Positions 31,815-47,296 of a stretch of DNA of 64,000 nucleotides are shown one piece after another. Made by a program: the position numbers and the translations under genes. Every line of letters begins with the position of its first letter. The first letter of the stretch is position 1. This DNA is from the human T2T-CHM13v2.0 reference genome, Homo sapiens, in the NCBI RefSeq assembly GCF_009914755.1, contig NC_060925.1; one strand, 5' to 3'. The notes below the pieces were generated by a model. It was not told where the DNA came from, did no database searches, and was given only the letters and a program-made list of their open reading frames with translations.

Positions 31815-32183
31815 CTGCAGATTAAATAGAGAGAGAAAGACAAAAAAAAAAAAGCCTAAGCCAAACCAAAATGGCATCACCATGATCATAAAATAAATTT
31901 ACATTAGGAAAATAATTTCTATCAAACTTGGCACTAATGGCAAATTAACAGGAGGGATAACCATCAACAAAATATAGCTAGAAGTTCCCATTTTTTAATG
32001 CAAAGGTAGAGAATTATGTGAAAACACAATGTTGTACTTCTTTAATACAACAGTTTGATTTTACAATAAAAGTATGAGATGAATGACAGTGGCTTAAAAA
32101 AATACAAGATAGCCAAAGAACTTTCACATTACCTCATTTAGTTGTTAAACAGAAAAATTCAGCATGTCAGTTGTTAATCACAC

Positions 32184-32310
32184 TTTTTTTTTTTAAATAG
32201 AGATAGGTTTCACTATGTTGCCCAGGCTGGTCTCCAACTTTTGAGCTCAAGCAATCTGCCCGCCTCAGCCTCCCAAAGTGCTGGTATTACAGGCGTGAGC
32301 CACTGCACCA
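32184..32310 (-). mobile_element. FLAM (Alu monomer)
   Basis: Left monomer only; TSD ttaatca(c/t)acttt. Confidence 0.88.
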
Positions 32311-34295
32311 GAACTTTAATCATACTTTATAAACAAAGATTAGTCTGACAGAGGTTAAATCCCCTCACCCAAAAGCAACCACAAGTCAGTATCTTAACAC
32401 TTCCTTCTTAAGGGTTTTAAAAACATATTTGAGTTAGTATTTTATCTTTTATATCTCGCCTATTAAACCACTAATAATTTTCCATGCCACTAAAATGCAA
32501 ACATTGTAACTGTTGAATAACACTTAATATATTGAACCATTCCCTTTCTCATTAGAGATTTAAGTTGCCTGCAAACTATCATATATAATTCTGGAACATA
32601 TTGTTCTTTCAGATTTCATTTCATTTTCAGATTTTATTAAAAGATTACTTCAGATTTTATTGAGAGTATTAAAAATAAAATTATTCAATCAAAAGAAAAC
32701 TGCTTTCCAGAAACACTATACCAATTTAAATTCCTAACGCCAGGATGCGGTTGTCTTACTCTAACCTGGAAATATTGAACACATTTATAAATGTAAAATA
32801 TTAACAACTAATACTTATATATTACTGATTGCCAGATGTGAAAATGAAGCACAGAAAGGTTAAATGATTTGTCCAAAATCATTCTGTAAGTGGCAGAACT
32901 GGAATTCAAATTAAGGTAGGCTTATTGTTCCAGAATTCATGCTTTTAACTACTATTCTTTACTACCTATTGAAAACAGTACCTTATTATTAACTCATTTC
33001 TTTAATAACTGATAAGGGCAAACAGGGTTTTTTATAGACTTATTAGTATTAGTATCTTCTGTGGCAATACAGGCAAAGTTGGTAATATAATTAATAACTT
33101 ACTCATTCAAGTATTTACCAATTCTAGGCACCTTCCTAAGTACTGAGAAGAACAGGATCGAAAAACAACTGTAGCCCTTACCCTGAGTTCAGTCTAGGGG
33201 AGATGGCAAATAAGAAAGCCAATAGTTGAAATATCATAGCAAGCATTATGATGATGGTATACAACGTATTAAGGGAATATAGACCACATCTAATGTAGAG
33301 CTGGTGGGGTAAGAAGAGGACTAGATAACTAAAATTTGATTGAAAATTAAATCAGAGGCTGAGCCTTAAAAGACTAACAGAATTCTGCCAAGTGGAAAAC
33401 AGTGAGGCATGACAGAATAAGCAGAGTAAATAATAACATATGCGAAGGTACAAAAGCCATGAGAAAGGTAAATAATAAATCTGAAAGTAAGGCAATAAAT
33501 AAAACTGCTTAACATCAATAAGTATAGTCAGAAGAGATAAAAGCAAAACTGAAATGGTAGAAAACACCAATGTTAAAGAGATGGGCAAAGGAAGAAGCAG
33601 CATTAACAATCAAGAAGGGCAAAGTCGCAGCCAGAAAACCAGGGGAAATGACAGTACCATTGGAGAAATCAAGGGTTAAAAGAGTGATTAGCATTTTCAA
33701 AAGCTTTCAACTCATCTATCTACTTTAATAAACTTCCTGCCGCCTTAAAATATGTCACACAATGCCACCTTAACTGAAACCCTGCTCACTCTTAAAGACA
33801 CTGTCTGTCCTGAAACTCTTTCAAATAACAGCTGCTCAATTGATACTGCTCAATTGATAAAGTCTCTAAAGCCCCAGAGTTTACAGGACTTATTAATAGA
33901 TAGGAACTCACTATTTCTACTCCATTCCATGGCCATTTCCAACAATTAGTCTTCCACCCTAAAATTAGTTTTCCACCATAACATAAAAACCACTCTGTCT
34001 AGCTCATACCAAGCAGCCAAATCCCTGTCCACCCACTTGAGCCATCAATAAACATCCCAGTTATTCTCCACCATCACTGAGGCCTTTGGGTTCATGGACA
34101 TTTTCAACTCCAGCATCCAGTGATGCTGACCTCTAATTCAGCAAAACACTCCCATGGTAATCTCTTAAACATTTTCATTTAACTACCTTAAAATGTTCCA
34201 CTCTTGAAATTTTTATTTAAACAAATGCTTTACTATATATAAGAGGTCTTTAGAATAATTGCTTTAAAAAATACATTTAAAAAGAAGAATGAGTA

Positions 34296-35236
34296 TCTGA
34301 CAAAAGTCTAATATCCAGAATCTACAAGGAACGTAAATAAATGAAAAACAAAAAACAAATAACCCCATTAAAAAATGGGCACAGACATAAACAGACAATT
34401 CCCAAAAGGCAACATACAAGTGGCCATCACACATAAAAAAATGCTCAACATCACTAATCATCAGATAAATGTTAACAAAAACCAAAATGAGATACCATCT
34501 CACACCAGTCAGAATGGCAATTATTGAAAAGTGAAAAAACAAAAACAAAAAAAACAAAAAAAAAAACAAAAAAAGAGATGCTGGTGAGGCTGCAGAGAAA
34601 AAGGAATGTTTGTACACTGCTGGTGGGAATGTAAATTAGTTCAGCCACTGTGGAGACCGGAGTTGGGAGATTTCTCAAAGAGCTTATTAAAAGAGAACTA
34701 CTATTTGACCGAGTAATTCCATTATTGAGTATATATCCAAAAGAAAATAAATCATTCTCCCCCAAAGACAAGTGTATTTGTATGTTCATCATAGCTCTAT
34801 TCATCACAGCAAAGATTCATCAATGCCCATCATTGCCCATCAACGGTGGACTCAATAAAGATGTGATACAGAGACACCGTGGAATACTGTACAGCCATAA
34901 AAAGAACAAATCATGTCCTTTGCAGCAACATGGATGGAGCTGGAAGCCATCATCCTAAGTGAATTAATGAAGTAAGAGAAAACCAAATACCACATGTTCT
35001 CACTTATAAGTGGGAGTTAAACACTGGGTACTCATAAAGATGGTTACAACAGACACAGGGAACTACTGGGGTGGGGGAAGGAAGAAAGGGTTGAAGAACT
35101 AACTGCTGAGTACTATGCTCACACTTCTGAGTGACGGGGTCAATCATACCCCAAATTTTAGCATCACACCATATATCTACGTAAGAAACCCGTACATGTA
35201 CTCCCTGAATCGAAAAGTTGAAATTATATTTAAAAA
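34296..35236 (+). mobile_element. L1PA(old)/L1PB 3' fragment
   Basis: tctgacaaaagtctaatatccagaatctacaagg...ttctcacttataagtgggag. Confidence 0.9.
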
Positions 35237-36485
35237 GAAAGTAAATATCTGTAATATCAATAGCCAAAGACAGCCAATATTACTTGTATGATACATAATA
35301 ATTGAAATCAAATTAATTTTTATTCTGCTTTTGAACTTGAAATTCCAGAAAAATTTCCAATGTCACCTGAAATCTCAAAATATTAAACTCTAATGTCTTC
35401 TCTGAAAATAATGTTCCATCTCCTAATACCTCAAAGCTTTTACTGGATCATATACCTATTGTTACATATGAAGGCTTCTATACATAAGGTGAACCTCATA
35501 AAACTGCCAATAATAAAACAATTTTTACTTCAAAAACAGCAATTTCATATGGTTCAACTTAAAAATCAAATAATGAAGGCATGGTGTTGTCCTGACAGAT
35601 ATACAGACAGAATGCAAAACAAAATGATATAACCTATCCGTAAGAAAGTCTGACAAGGTATCAGGCAAGAAATATTAAAAAGAAAAAAGTTTGGAAGACT
35701 GAAAACTGTTGAGAGAGCACATATTAAATTTGAGGTGTTTCCATTTTAAGATGAGAATTCTGAAGGGATTTGGAGCTGTAAATTATAAGGGCATCAGTGC
35801 AAGACATTTTAGTACTAGTAAATAGAAAAATGATGAAGGACAACCACTTCAAGGATGTGGAAAGAAGAAATGGGCTAAATTCACTCTGTAAACATAACCC
35901 CGGGAAGGAGAACTTAGAAGAAAAGTCTGAATATAAGTCCAAGAATGTTTTAAAGATATATGAAGAAAAGTTCAAGAAGCTGAACTGCTATTATCTAAAG
36001 GAAAATCAATCACAAATTAGGAATGATAATAAACTCCTAGATCACATTTATCTTAACACCATTACAGAGTTTGGTGCCACTTAGAAAAATAAATAAATAT
36101 ATAAGATGGAGAACTAAGACAATGCTATTTGAGGGCATGGGACTAAAGAATCAATAGCAAGCACTCTCTTAACACTGTGCCAAAGCCCAAAGAAAACTTT
36201 TAGAAACATTTAACGTAAAGGTAAAGAGTAAGTAAGTCTCAGAATCCCTTACGAAGATAATAGATAGACTCTCCCATTACTGATAATGGATTTGGTGCAG
36301 GTAGGTATCATTGGTACTCAACTGACTTTCATTAGTGCCTTGATAAAGATATGCTTAAGCATTAAACTCATTATTTGAATTTTTAATATAATTTTGAATA
36401 CATTACATATAATTGTTCCAAACTGAACAAAAGAATACACCATTACACTTTCAATGGGGAAAAGCTGATTTTAAAAATCGAGCAA

Positions 36486-36900
<415 letters not shown>

Positions 36901-36976
36901 CTATCACTCCACAAACACTCACATACTTCATATCTAGTTCCTGAAATGGCAGACCTGATTAAAAGACTTCATTTAA

Positions 36977-37296
<320 letters not shown>

Positions 37297-37399
37297 AACA
37301 TTTTGTTTTAAGCTGAGAAGAAAACAGAAAAAGCAAGAACAAAACCAAATAAATAAATGATAGAGTAGTGAGGGGACAAAATAAGATGGCTTATTTAAG

Positions 37400-40300
37400 A
37401 GCAAATGTAAACAGATGTCAATACCAGTAGGCTGATAAGTTACAAATACATGATGTAACAGAGAGAGCAACCACTAAAAAATGATACAAAAAATTTACTT
37501 TAAAACATTATAGATAAATCAAAATGGAATTCCGAAAAGAAACTGTTCAAAAACCCATGGAAAGAAAAACAGAAAAGCAACAATAATAAAAAAAGAAATA
37601 TAAAACAAAAAATAAAATGACAGGCTTATGCTATAATATTTATATTAAATAAATGGCCTAAATACACAATTAAAAAACTGAGTCTGGCAGAGTAGATTTA
37701 CAAAGCATAGTCCAACCATATGCTATCTATAAGAAATTCACCTAAAAGATAATGAGACAGTAATAGGTATAACAAGGAAAGGAAGACCTGGTATGAATGC
37801 AGGAAATTCTCACCACACATTTAACAACTTTACAATGAATCATGCAACTGCAGAAAATGCATTCTTTTCAAGCACAAGTATTTCAAAATTTAACCAATTA
37901 CCAGTTGGTACAGCAAATATTATATTCAAAGAAAGAAAACACAACTTTCTGACTACAATGCAATTATAACAGAAATCCAGAACAAAAAAAAAACAAAATC
38001 TCAATGTTCAAGTAATAAGACATTTGTTTCTAAATAAGCCACAGGCCTAAGAAAAAAATATAATGAAAATTAGAAATTATTTTGAACAATAATAAACAAA
38101 ATATGATGCCAAAAGAATTAGGTACAGATTAAAAAATAAGAAACTATGGCCCTAAATGCCTACATTAGAAAAAATAATCTGCATAATAATATGCATATCC
38201 ACCCAAGCCAACAGATTAGGAAGGAACAAAAAAGTAAAACCAAAGAAAGCAGGATGGAAATAATAAAGAACATAAATAAAACAGAAAACAAACAAAACAG
38301 AGAGGAAAAACAAAGTCAAAAGTTAGTTATTAGAAAAAAACCCATATAATTGATATATTCCTGGCAAGAATTGATCCAACAGAACAAGCGAGAGAGAGAG
38401 AGAGAGAGAGAGCGAGAGAAAGAGAGAGAGAGAGAGAGGAACAAGCAAAATAAACACTGCCAGGAATGAACCCTGGTGACATTAAAAACTTAAGACTCTA
38501 TTAAGACCAATCTTACGCCAATAAATTTGAAAATTGAGATGACATAAACAATGACTAGAAAAAATTTAACAAATGAAAAGTGACATCTAAAACAAAAACC
38601 TTAATAAGAATGTAACTGTTCAAGTAACAGATTCAATAACTTAAAACTTCCCGCAAACAATCACAGGTCTAGACTGCTTCTCCAGTAAGATCTTTAAACA
38701 TTCAAAAAAGATGTTCTTAGACTACACAAAATTATTCCAGAAAATTTAAAAAGAGGATACATTTCCCAACACATTTGATAAAGCTAGCATAATCTTTATA
38801 GCAAAACTGGACAAGATATGTGTAAGAAAAAAAACAATCTCACTCATGAACATAGATGCAAAAATCCTAAACAAAATATAAGCAAACCAAACCATATAGA
38901 AGAGAATATACATAATGGCCAAGTTTGGTTTATATAAGGGGTGCAAGTAGGGGGACCAATTGTCCTGGTGGGGTTTCCTAGAATGCAGAACCTTCAGTGA
39001 TATAACTAAGATATAACTAAGACACCCCTGGGCCAATCAGGATGCTTGGTCACTCTAGATGCAAAGTTGATTGACTCCCCAATGCTAAACCAAAGTAATT
39101 ATTCACATTAACAGAATGAAAAGGAAAAATCATATGGTTGCATCAGATGCACAAAAATTCTGGAGACTACTCAACCCCACTCAGAAATTTTTTAAAAATT
39201 CTCTTAGCAAACTGGGTAAAAATTTACTACCTTGAGTGATAAAAAGTACCTACAAAAAACCTACAGAAAACATCATACCTAATGGTGACACGTTGAATGC
39301 TTTCACTTTGAGATCAGCATCAAGACTAGGATGCCCCGCTATCACCACTTCTATTCATCATTGTACCGGATGTCCTAGCCAGCAGAGTAAGACAAGAAAA
39401 ATAAATAAAAGATATAAGGATCATAAAGAATGAAACTAAACTGTTATTATTTGCAGATTATGATGTGTACATAGAAAACATACAAGAATCTACAAATAAA
39501 TTAGGATTAATGAGAGTTTAACCAGGTTGCTGGATATTTTTAAAAATCTGCATGTAAAACCCACCTGTATTTCTACACACTAGCAATAATAAGAAACTAA
39601 AGTTAGAGACACAGACATCATTTACAATAGTATCAAAAATGACTAAATCTAAAATAAAGATGTGTAAGACTACCCTGAAAAATATAAAAATTTTAAGGCT
39701 ATTTTAAAGATCTAAATATAGAGGGAAGTACCACATTCACAGATTAGAAGACTGAATACTGTAAATACACAGTCTCCCAGATTTATCTAGTCAAATTAAT
39801 CCCAATAAAAAGCACAGTAAGTTTACCATGGAAACGTACTAGCTGATTCTAAAATTTATACTGAAATGCAGACAGCCAGGAATATCCCAGACTTTAAAGA
39901 AGAACAGCAACTTAATTCAAAGCTCTAGTATTTAATACAAGGTGGTATTGCGAAAAAGACCAGTGAAGCAGAAAAGAGGACCTAGAAACAGACCCACACA
40001 TACATGGACACATGATATATGACAAAGGTGAAACTTCAGAGTGATGAAGAAAGAATGGACTTTTTAATAAAGGATGCTTGGGCAGCTAGATATCCATATG
40101 AAAATATCTCTATACCTCACATTATACACAAAAATAAATCTTCAAGTATAGATCTAAGTATGAAAGATAAAAGAATAAAGCTTCAAATAAAGAACAGCAT
40201 AGAAAAATGTCTTCATGACCACAGGTGGAAAAGACTTCTTTAAGTGACACAAAACACACTAAGTATAACAGATAAGATAAATTTCACTCTATTAATATCA

Positions 40301-41300
40301 GAAACTTCTGGTCATCAAATGACACCATTAAGATAATGAAAAGAATGCAACCCAATTAGAGGGAAAGATATTTGTGATAGATAGATCTGACAAGATGTAT
40401 ATCTAGAATATATAAATATCAAACCATTAAGAAAAATCAAACAAAAAATGTAAAAAGTTTTAAACAATTACTTCACACACAAACATAAAAAAACCCAAAT
40501 GGCCAATCAATGTAGTACTAGGTGCTCAACCTCATAAGTCATCTGGAAAATGCAAATTACAACCATATAACAGTGTATATACCCCAAGATTAGCTAAACT
40601 GGAAAAAAAATCTACTGGTATCACGTACTGGCAAGAACACAGTGCAACAGAAATGCTCATACAATGCCTGTAGGAAGAATAACTAATACAACTTGTTTTG
40701 AAAAAATATTTTGGCATTATCTATTAAATTTGAAGATACACATATCCTATGACTCATCAATTCCACTTCTAAATACATTCCATATAAATATGTATACTAA
40801 CATAAACCTGGATACACATATAACATAGTAGTATTTTTTTGCCAACAGCCCCAAACTGAAAACAACTCAAATGACGACCAACAACAAAAATGGGGCATAT
40901 TCACTTAATGGAATACTATACAACAACAAAAATCAACCAACTACAGTCATATACAACCATGTGGATGAATCTTAACATTCAGCCGAAGAAGATAGGAATA
41001 AAAGATTACATACTGCACAAGCACACTTAAATAACGCTCAAAAACAGAGAGACCTATGGATACTCAGGCAGCAAAACATTAAAGAAAGGCAAGAAAGTGA
41101 CTGCCATAATTATCAGAATATTGGTTACCTAATGGGCAAGGAAGATGACTGCAATCCAAAAAGGGTGGTCAGGGTGCTTCAGCCGTTCTAGCAGTATTGC
41201 ATTGTGCTTACAATGGTGGTTATACAAATGGTCACTCTACTGTAATTCTTTAAACTATAAATTTGGTTTATATACTTTTTTGTGTTTTTCATATAAAAAT
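37400..41300 (+). mobile_element. Long decayed L1M ORF2-3'UTR, with (GA)n at ~38390-38439
   Basis: ctcactcatgaacatagatgcaaaaatcctaaacaaaat; ORF 39236 KPTENIIPNGDTLNAFTLRS; ttatttgcagattatgat. Confidence 0.85.
38948..39057. mobile_element. Short hAT MITE (MER81/Blackjack-like) inside L1
   Basis: TIRs tagggggacca / tggtcactcta; degenerate 8-bp TSD ggtgcaag / gatgcaaa. Confidence 0.7.
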
Positions 41301-41575
41301 CGTTTAAAATTCAATTCACTAAAATTCCAAGTAAAACCAAAAGGAAACCAAGACTCATCAGAACGATTATATTACAGTAAATTTAATAGGTATCAAAAAT
41401 TTCCAAAAGTACATTTTAAAATTAAATCAAATGAAACAGAAGGGAATCATTCAAATGCTGGTACAAATTTGCACAGAGAAGACTGGCTTTTACATGGAAC
41501 CCAACACCCTTTTGTTTAATCTGACCATGAAGGAAGACTAACATGTTCATTTAAATATATATAACTAACAAACGC

Positions 41576-42082
41576 TGTTAATAGGCAAGTTCTAAGATGG
41601 CCTCCAAAGATCCCCGCCTCTTAGTATTCAAACCCTTGTGCAATTCTGAGTGTGGAATGAACCAATGATGTGCTTCTAACAAACAGAAAACAGCAAAAGT
41701 TTTAGGATATAATTTCCAAGATGAAGTTACAAAGAACATGTGACTTCTGTCTTCAATATCCTCTCTTGCTTTCTTACTTGTTCCTTTTGAGAGGCAGCCA
41801 GCTGCCATGTAGTGAGCTATCCTATGGAGAAGCCCCTGTGACAAAAAAATTGTTATCTCTTTCCAAAAGCTGATGAGTGAGCTTGGAAAGTTCCTATCCC
41901 AGTCAAACCTTGAGATAACTGCTCCCTTGGCCAACAACTTAATTGCAGCTTGGTAAGAAACCCAGAGCCAAGGCACCCAGCTACTCTGAATCAAAATTCT
42001 AGACTCAATATATTAAATTTTTCATGTTTTAGGACATCAAATTTGAGAGTAATTTGTCACACAGCAATAGATAACTAATGCA
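41576..42082 (+). mobile_element. MLT1 (MaLR) solo LTR
   Basis: tg...ttctaagatggcctcc start, gcaatagataactaatgca end; 5-bp TSD aacgc / aatgc. Confidence 0.85.
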
Positions 42083-43178
42083 AATGCCTATTATGTGCCT
42101 TGCACTTTCCATTCTCTTAATATTCTAAGGAGAATCAGTAGGAAAAAATAAAACTGAAAATTAAATGGCCCTAAATTACTAGCCAGTTGTGACAGTGGAA
42201 TACTCATTATCCAAATGAGTTAAATGAATCTTAACATTAAATCCAAAAAGCATATTTAACTTCTCTGATTGGTATATATCAATGTCTAAAACTACACTCA
42301 ACAGAACTCCAATTAAAAGTTACAAATGAAATCACGAAGTTAATTTTCAAAGTTTGAATGTCAAAAGAAGCAATTTGCCTCCTGGTAAATCTGTATTTTA
42401 CTTGAATAAGTTCAAGTATATAAACCATATTACAGGTCCTAAGACCTGTAACAATTATATTCATTTTGAAGATTAAACACGCAAATAGACTTACATGGAA
42501 GAAGAAAATATAACCACTCACTTCAATCTGTCTGCACTAAAACATATTTTCTAGACTAAAGCTTATTATAATTACAAATCACTATAGTACCCAATTCCAA
42601 TTATTGTGAAATTCAAGAAATTTAATCAAAGTAGTAGATAAACGTTTACAATTTGTTACCTAGCTCCTCAGAATTTCTTGTGTAATTAAAACTAAAATAC
42701 TCAAAGTCAATCACAGATATATCAAAATCAAGAAAACCAAAATGTATTAATGACAGTACAATCACTGTACACTAGAGGCACAAATATCCAGAAGTATTTG
42801 GAACTAGTATGTTTCTTGGTTAACCCACCTACTACAAGAAAATATGGTCCAAGAGAAAAGAAAAAAAAATTAATCACAAACATTAGCTTAGATTCAAACC
42901 AAAATCAAGCGAAAAAGTTCTACGGCATGATTCATCCAGAAGTTTAATAACGGAAATATAAAAACACTATGCCAAAGCTATAAAATCAAAGTCAATATCA
43001 CAGATGGTGTTGTGGGAGGCCATGGGCCACCACATCAAAGGCCAAATGAAGATCACACGGAAGAATTAATGTTGGAAAGGAATTCTCCATTATCTCTCCA
43101 GAAATGCAGATTGCCAGGCTCCAACAGAGCCTCCCTTAATCTGAACATGCATTTTAGCAAGATCATCAGGCAACTTTC

Positions 43179-43254
43179 TTTTTTTGGGACAGATTCTCGC
43201 CCTGTTGCCCAGGCTGGAGTGCAGTGGCGCGATCTCGGCTCACCACAAGCTCCG
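43179..43254 (-). mobile_element. Very short AluY-like 3' fragment
   Basis: TSD caggcaactttc at 43167-43178 and 43258-43269. Confidence 0.88.
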
Positions 43255-44249
43255 TAACAGGCAACTTTCATGCACATTGCCATTTATATTGCACCACCAG
43301 ACATTTAAACAAATGAATGACTGGACATCTTCTTCTTTCCTACCACAAAAAAAAAACCTGAGACACAAGTAAATCTTAAATTTATAACAGATGTTTGTTA
43401 GTAGGAATATTAAAATCACAACTAAATTAGCAACAGTTGAGAATAAGAAAAATCTAGTCACAAACCACATAAAAAATATTTAGCTATTCAACACTTCATC
43501 ATCCAGTAAAACATCTCTTATCTATTTATTGTCAAAAAGAATAAAGATAGCCCAGAACATAGCACATAACAGACAATTTACACATTTTTAAATGAGTAAA
43601 AAGTATCCTAATTAGACAATTCTTAACATAAACATACCAGGTTCCAGCCAGTTAGAAATTTAAAAAAAAAAAAAAAGTTTTCAAAGTTATTTTAGCATGC
43701 TATCCAGAGCACAGGATTTTGACTATTTAATTTTCCCATATTTTGTATAGTGTGAAATGACTGAGAAATTTTATAAATGTTAAATTAGAACATGCTCGCT
43801 ATAAAACTGTTGATACAAAATTGCCTTTTAACTATCCTCCATGAGTTAGACCTCCCAAGTTCTAAATAGGTAGCTATGTTTTTACTTGTTTTTGCCTACA
43901 TATGTTTTTACCATAAGAAAAAAACTATATCCTACCGAAGGCTTTATTATCTAAATTTTCCTAAGTTTTCTCCTCATGGTGAAGGGTAAGCTGTTATTTA
44001 ATACATCTATTTTCAATTCTTTATAGTTTTTAGGTAAGTTATTGCAGTCAATCTTACTGATAACTTTTCAGCACATCTCCACAAAATGATTTTTTAAGTG
44101 TCAAGTTGTAAAGAGAAAAGAAGTTAAAATAACAAATCTTAAGGAAACCTCCTAAAAATTCAAATGCTTTTAAAAATATTTAAAGAAATTTTTTAGCCTG
44201 AAATGCTTTTACAAAATGGGAACAGTTAACAATAGTAAATAAAACATTA

Positions 44250-44342
<93 letters not shown>

Positions 44343-45249
44343 CTACAATAGAAAATTATAATTTTTCTTTTAAAAAATATAACTGAGTTGAAAGTTTTCT
44401 TTAACACCATAGCATAAACAGTATGAAGCAAATTTATGCACCCATTTAAGTTCGTCTATTATTTCTATTTAATCAGTTTTCCCATTCCATTTGCTAATTG
44501 GCATTTTTAAAAGAATCAATTTTCTATAAAACTAACTAAAACTAAGAAACAGGTGTTCTAAATTACATCCCTTATCTAACATGCTGAAAAATCTTTTCAC
44601 GGATAATGGCAATTCTATTACCTGACTCCTAGCCTTCTCTTCCCCAACTCAACTAAGAAAACATCAAAACAAAATTTACAGTGAAAGTAACATAGCTTAT
44701 AGACACTAAAATCACTTTCTCCATGAGAAGTTCATTTGCAGAGGTAAGTGTAATAAATAGAGATAAACCTATACCTTTCACAAGTCAAATTTACTATTTC
44801 TAGTTATTACCTACTTATTCACAGATGTGAGAATATATTTCTATGGAAGATTTCAGGCAAAATCAAACATCTGAAAACAAAAAAATTTAATATAATCAAG
44901 TGGACAGCTTGCGGGTAGGGAGTAACTCAAATTGGTAATTGAGACAAGGATAGAACAGATAAATGAAAGTATAATAAGCCTTGACATTTTCTGAGTAGCA
45001 AAACATAAAAACACAAGTATGTATCATTTACTGTTAAAATTCACAAGAACCAGGAATTCCAGGTTAATCTGATAAAAATATATAAAATAATATCAAAAGC
45101 TAAAAATAAAATAACAATAAGAGACAGTTTATGAACAAACATCATTCTAATTTTTTCTTATATACTTGAAAGGGAGAATAAAAAAGCCCAGTGGAGCAAT
45201 TCCAAAACAAACAAAAATACATGGAAAAAAAGATTAATAAAACTTTCAT

Positions 45250-45415
45250 TTGCCTGGCTATGCAACAGAATTACCTGGGGCATTTGTTAAAACAGACACT
45301 GGGTCAGATTTTTAAAATTCTGATCCTGTTGCTCTAGAAAAGGTTCCAGGAATTTTTGTTAAACAAGTGCCCAGATGATAAGAATAAGCCAATTAAAATC
45401 TGAAGAATCACTAAG
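45250..45415. mobile_element. MER5-like hAT remnant
   Basis: agaattacctggggcatttgttaaaacaga...ccaggaatttttgttaaacaagtgcccagatgat. Confidence 0.55.
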
Positions 45416-46509
45416 ATATAACACGTACTACAAATAAGCATGACCACCTCACACCCACTTCCAGAGTCTATGCCTCTTGCAGATCTTTGGATTTTAAAAA
45501 ATAAGAGGCAAAACAGATCAACGTAATTTACAAGTCAAGGCAAATAAGGAGAGAGAAAATATGAACTGATAATCACAACAGGATAGTCCAATTAAAATAA
45601 TATAACTGAATTAATATGTTTTACAACTGAATAAATTTCCAAAACATAGAATCATGAAGATTGAAATTTTTTCTTGCATGACAAACTGACTTTGACTGGA
45701 CCTTAGACCCATTCTTCCCAAGTGAGTTAATCTGTCACACAGAACAAACTCACATGGGCTCTGTCTCAACAATGACGACAAAGCATCCAAGCCTTCCACA
45801 TTGTTTGTGGGACTTCTCTACACTGGTTATCTCTAACTATCTACGATTATTTGTCTAGAGGACAAAGACCACATGTTTATTTAAAAAGTAACAACTTTAT
45901 ACAAAAAGTAACTCCAAGTTAATAAAGTGACAGTTCATTTACAAAGGAATTATACAAACTATCTTCAAAATTATAAATCTGAACACTTCATTTCAATCTA
46001 TTAACTAGAATATGTAAATATGACAAGAATGCAATTAACTTGTAGAAAGAAGGAGAAAGTCCCCAAAATGTCAATGTAAAAGGAAAGTGGGTCCAACTAC
46101 ATACACCAGGAATTCACCACATGACACCTTCTTCTGCAGTTTAATCTTTTTAAAGGAAGAATTTCAAGAAAAGAGATGAATGGCAAATATGAAACTACAA
46201 TTTCACATATAAATATGAAGGAAAATTATAAAAAAGAGATAGTGGAAGAAAAGAGAATGCTTTAAAAAATGGAAAGAGTATAACCAATTATACCAAAATG
46301 TCTAGCCATATAATGTTCTATTAGAACAGGTGCAAATTTTTAACATGAAAGTAATCCCACCACTAAAAATGAAAGTCCAAGAAGTCAATTCTCTAAACAT
46401 CTCTTACAATCGTCAAAACTTCCAAAAAACATGTAATGATCATTTAGCCCAATTCTCCCATTTTCGGATAAGGAAGCGTGTAAGAAAAAGAATAAAGAGA
46501 AATGTATTT

Positions 46510-46622
46510 AGAAAGAAAGAAAGAGAGAAAGAAAGAAAAAGGAAGGAAGGAAGGAAGGAGAGAAAGAAAGAAAGGAGAGAAAGAAAGAAGGAAAGAAAGA
46601 AAGAAGGAAGGAAAGAAAGAAA

Positions 46623-46690
<68 letters not shown>

Positions 46691-46691
46691 A
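46510..46691 (+). repeat. Polypurine tract, (GAAA)n/(GGAA)n
   Basis: About 180 nt of A/G only, ending in perfect GAAA repeats. Confidence 0.95.
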
Positions 46692-47296
46692 ACATATTTA
46701 GAATTTTACTCTCTACTCTCAGTACTCTACAATACAGCAAGTTTTTGTTACACTTGTCCCATCTGGTTCAGTTAAGCGTCTCAAGAGGGAGCGTATCTGC
46801 TATGTGACATGAAATATGCTTCGAGTTTTTATAGAACATTGGTCTTCTTTATTTTCCTACCCTTCTCTGCAACTAAATTTTGTTGTATTCTAAAAGAAAA
46901 AATTATCCTTATTATGGGAATGGAAGCAACTGCCTGATCAGAGCCTAATATAATTAAATATGTGAACTGCCTATTAAACTCTTCTTATTCCAATTCCATG
47001 CTTTAGTATCCTTCGGTTATATGGCAAGTTAGATGTCTTTCCAACTGGGAGAAAACACATTGGTCATAACTATGTAAATAACTAATGTAACTGATTTTTA
47101 AATATTTCACTATAAATGAGTAATTTGGTCCTTACAGGTTTAGTTAGCATAAGTTCATCTTCCCAAGTACAGTTCACTCTACAACAGTTGTCTCAAGAGT
47201 AGAACAACTGCCATTTTGAGGGCATTTTTTTTTTTTTTTGCATAAGACTTTCTAAGCAGAATGGCATACGCAAGTTATTTAGAAATATAGAATTGT

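Noticed and set aside
31641-31889. 82-aa ORF as a standalone gene
   Set aside because: Only 31755-31814 is coding (COP1 exon); the rest is read-through intron.
46330-46807. K/E/R-rich and F/L/S-rich ORFs
   Set aside because: Translations of the (GAAA)n tract.
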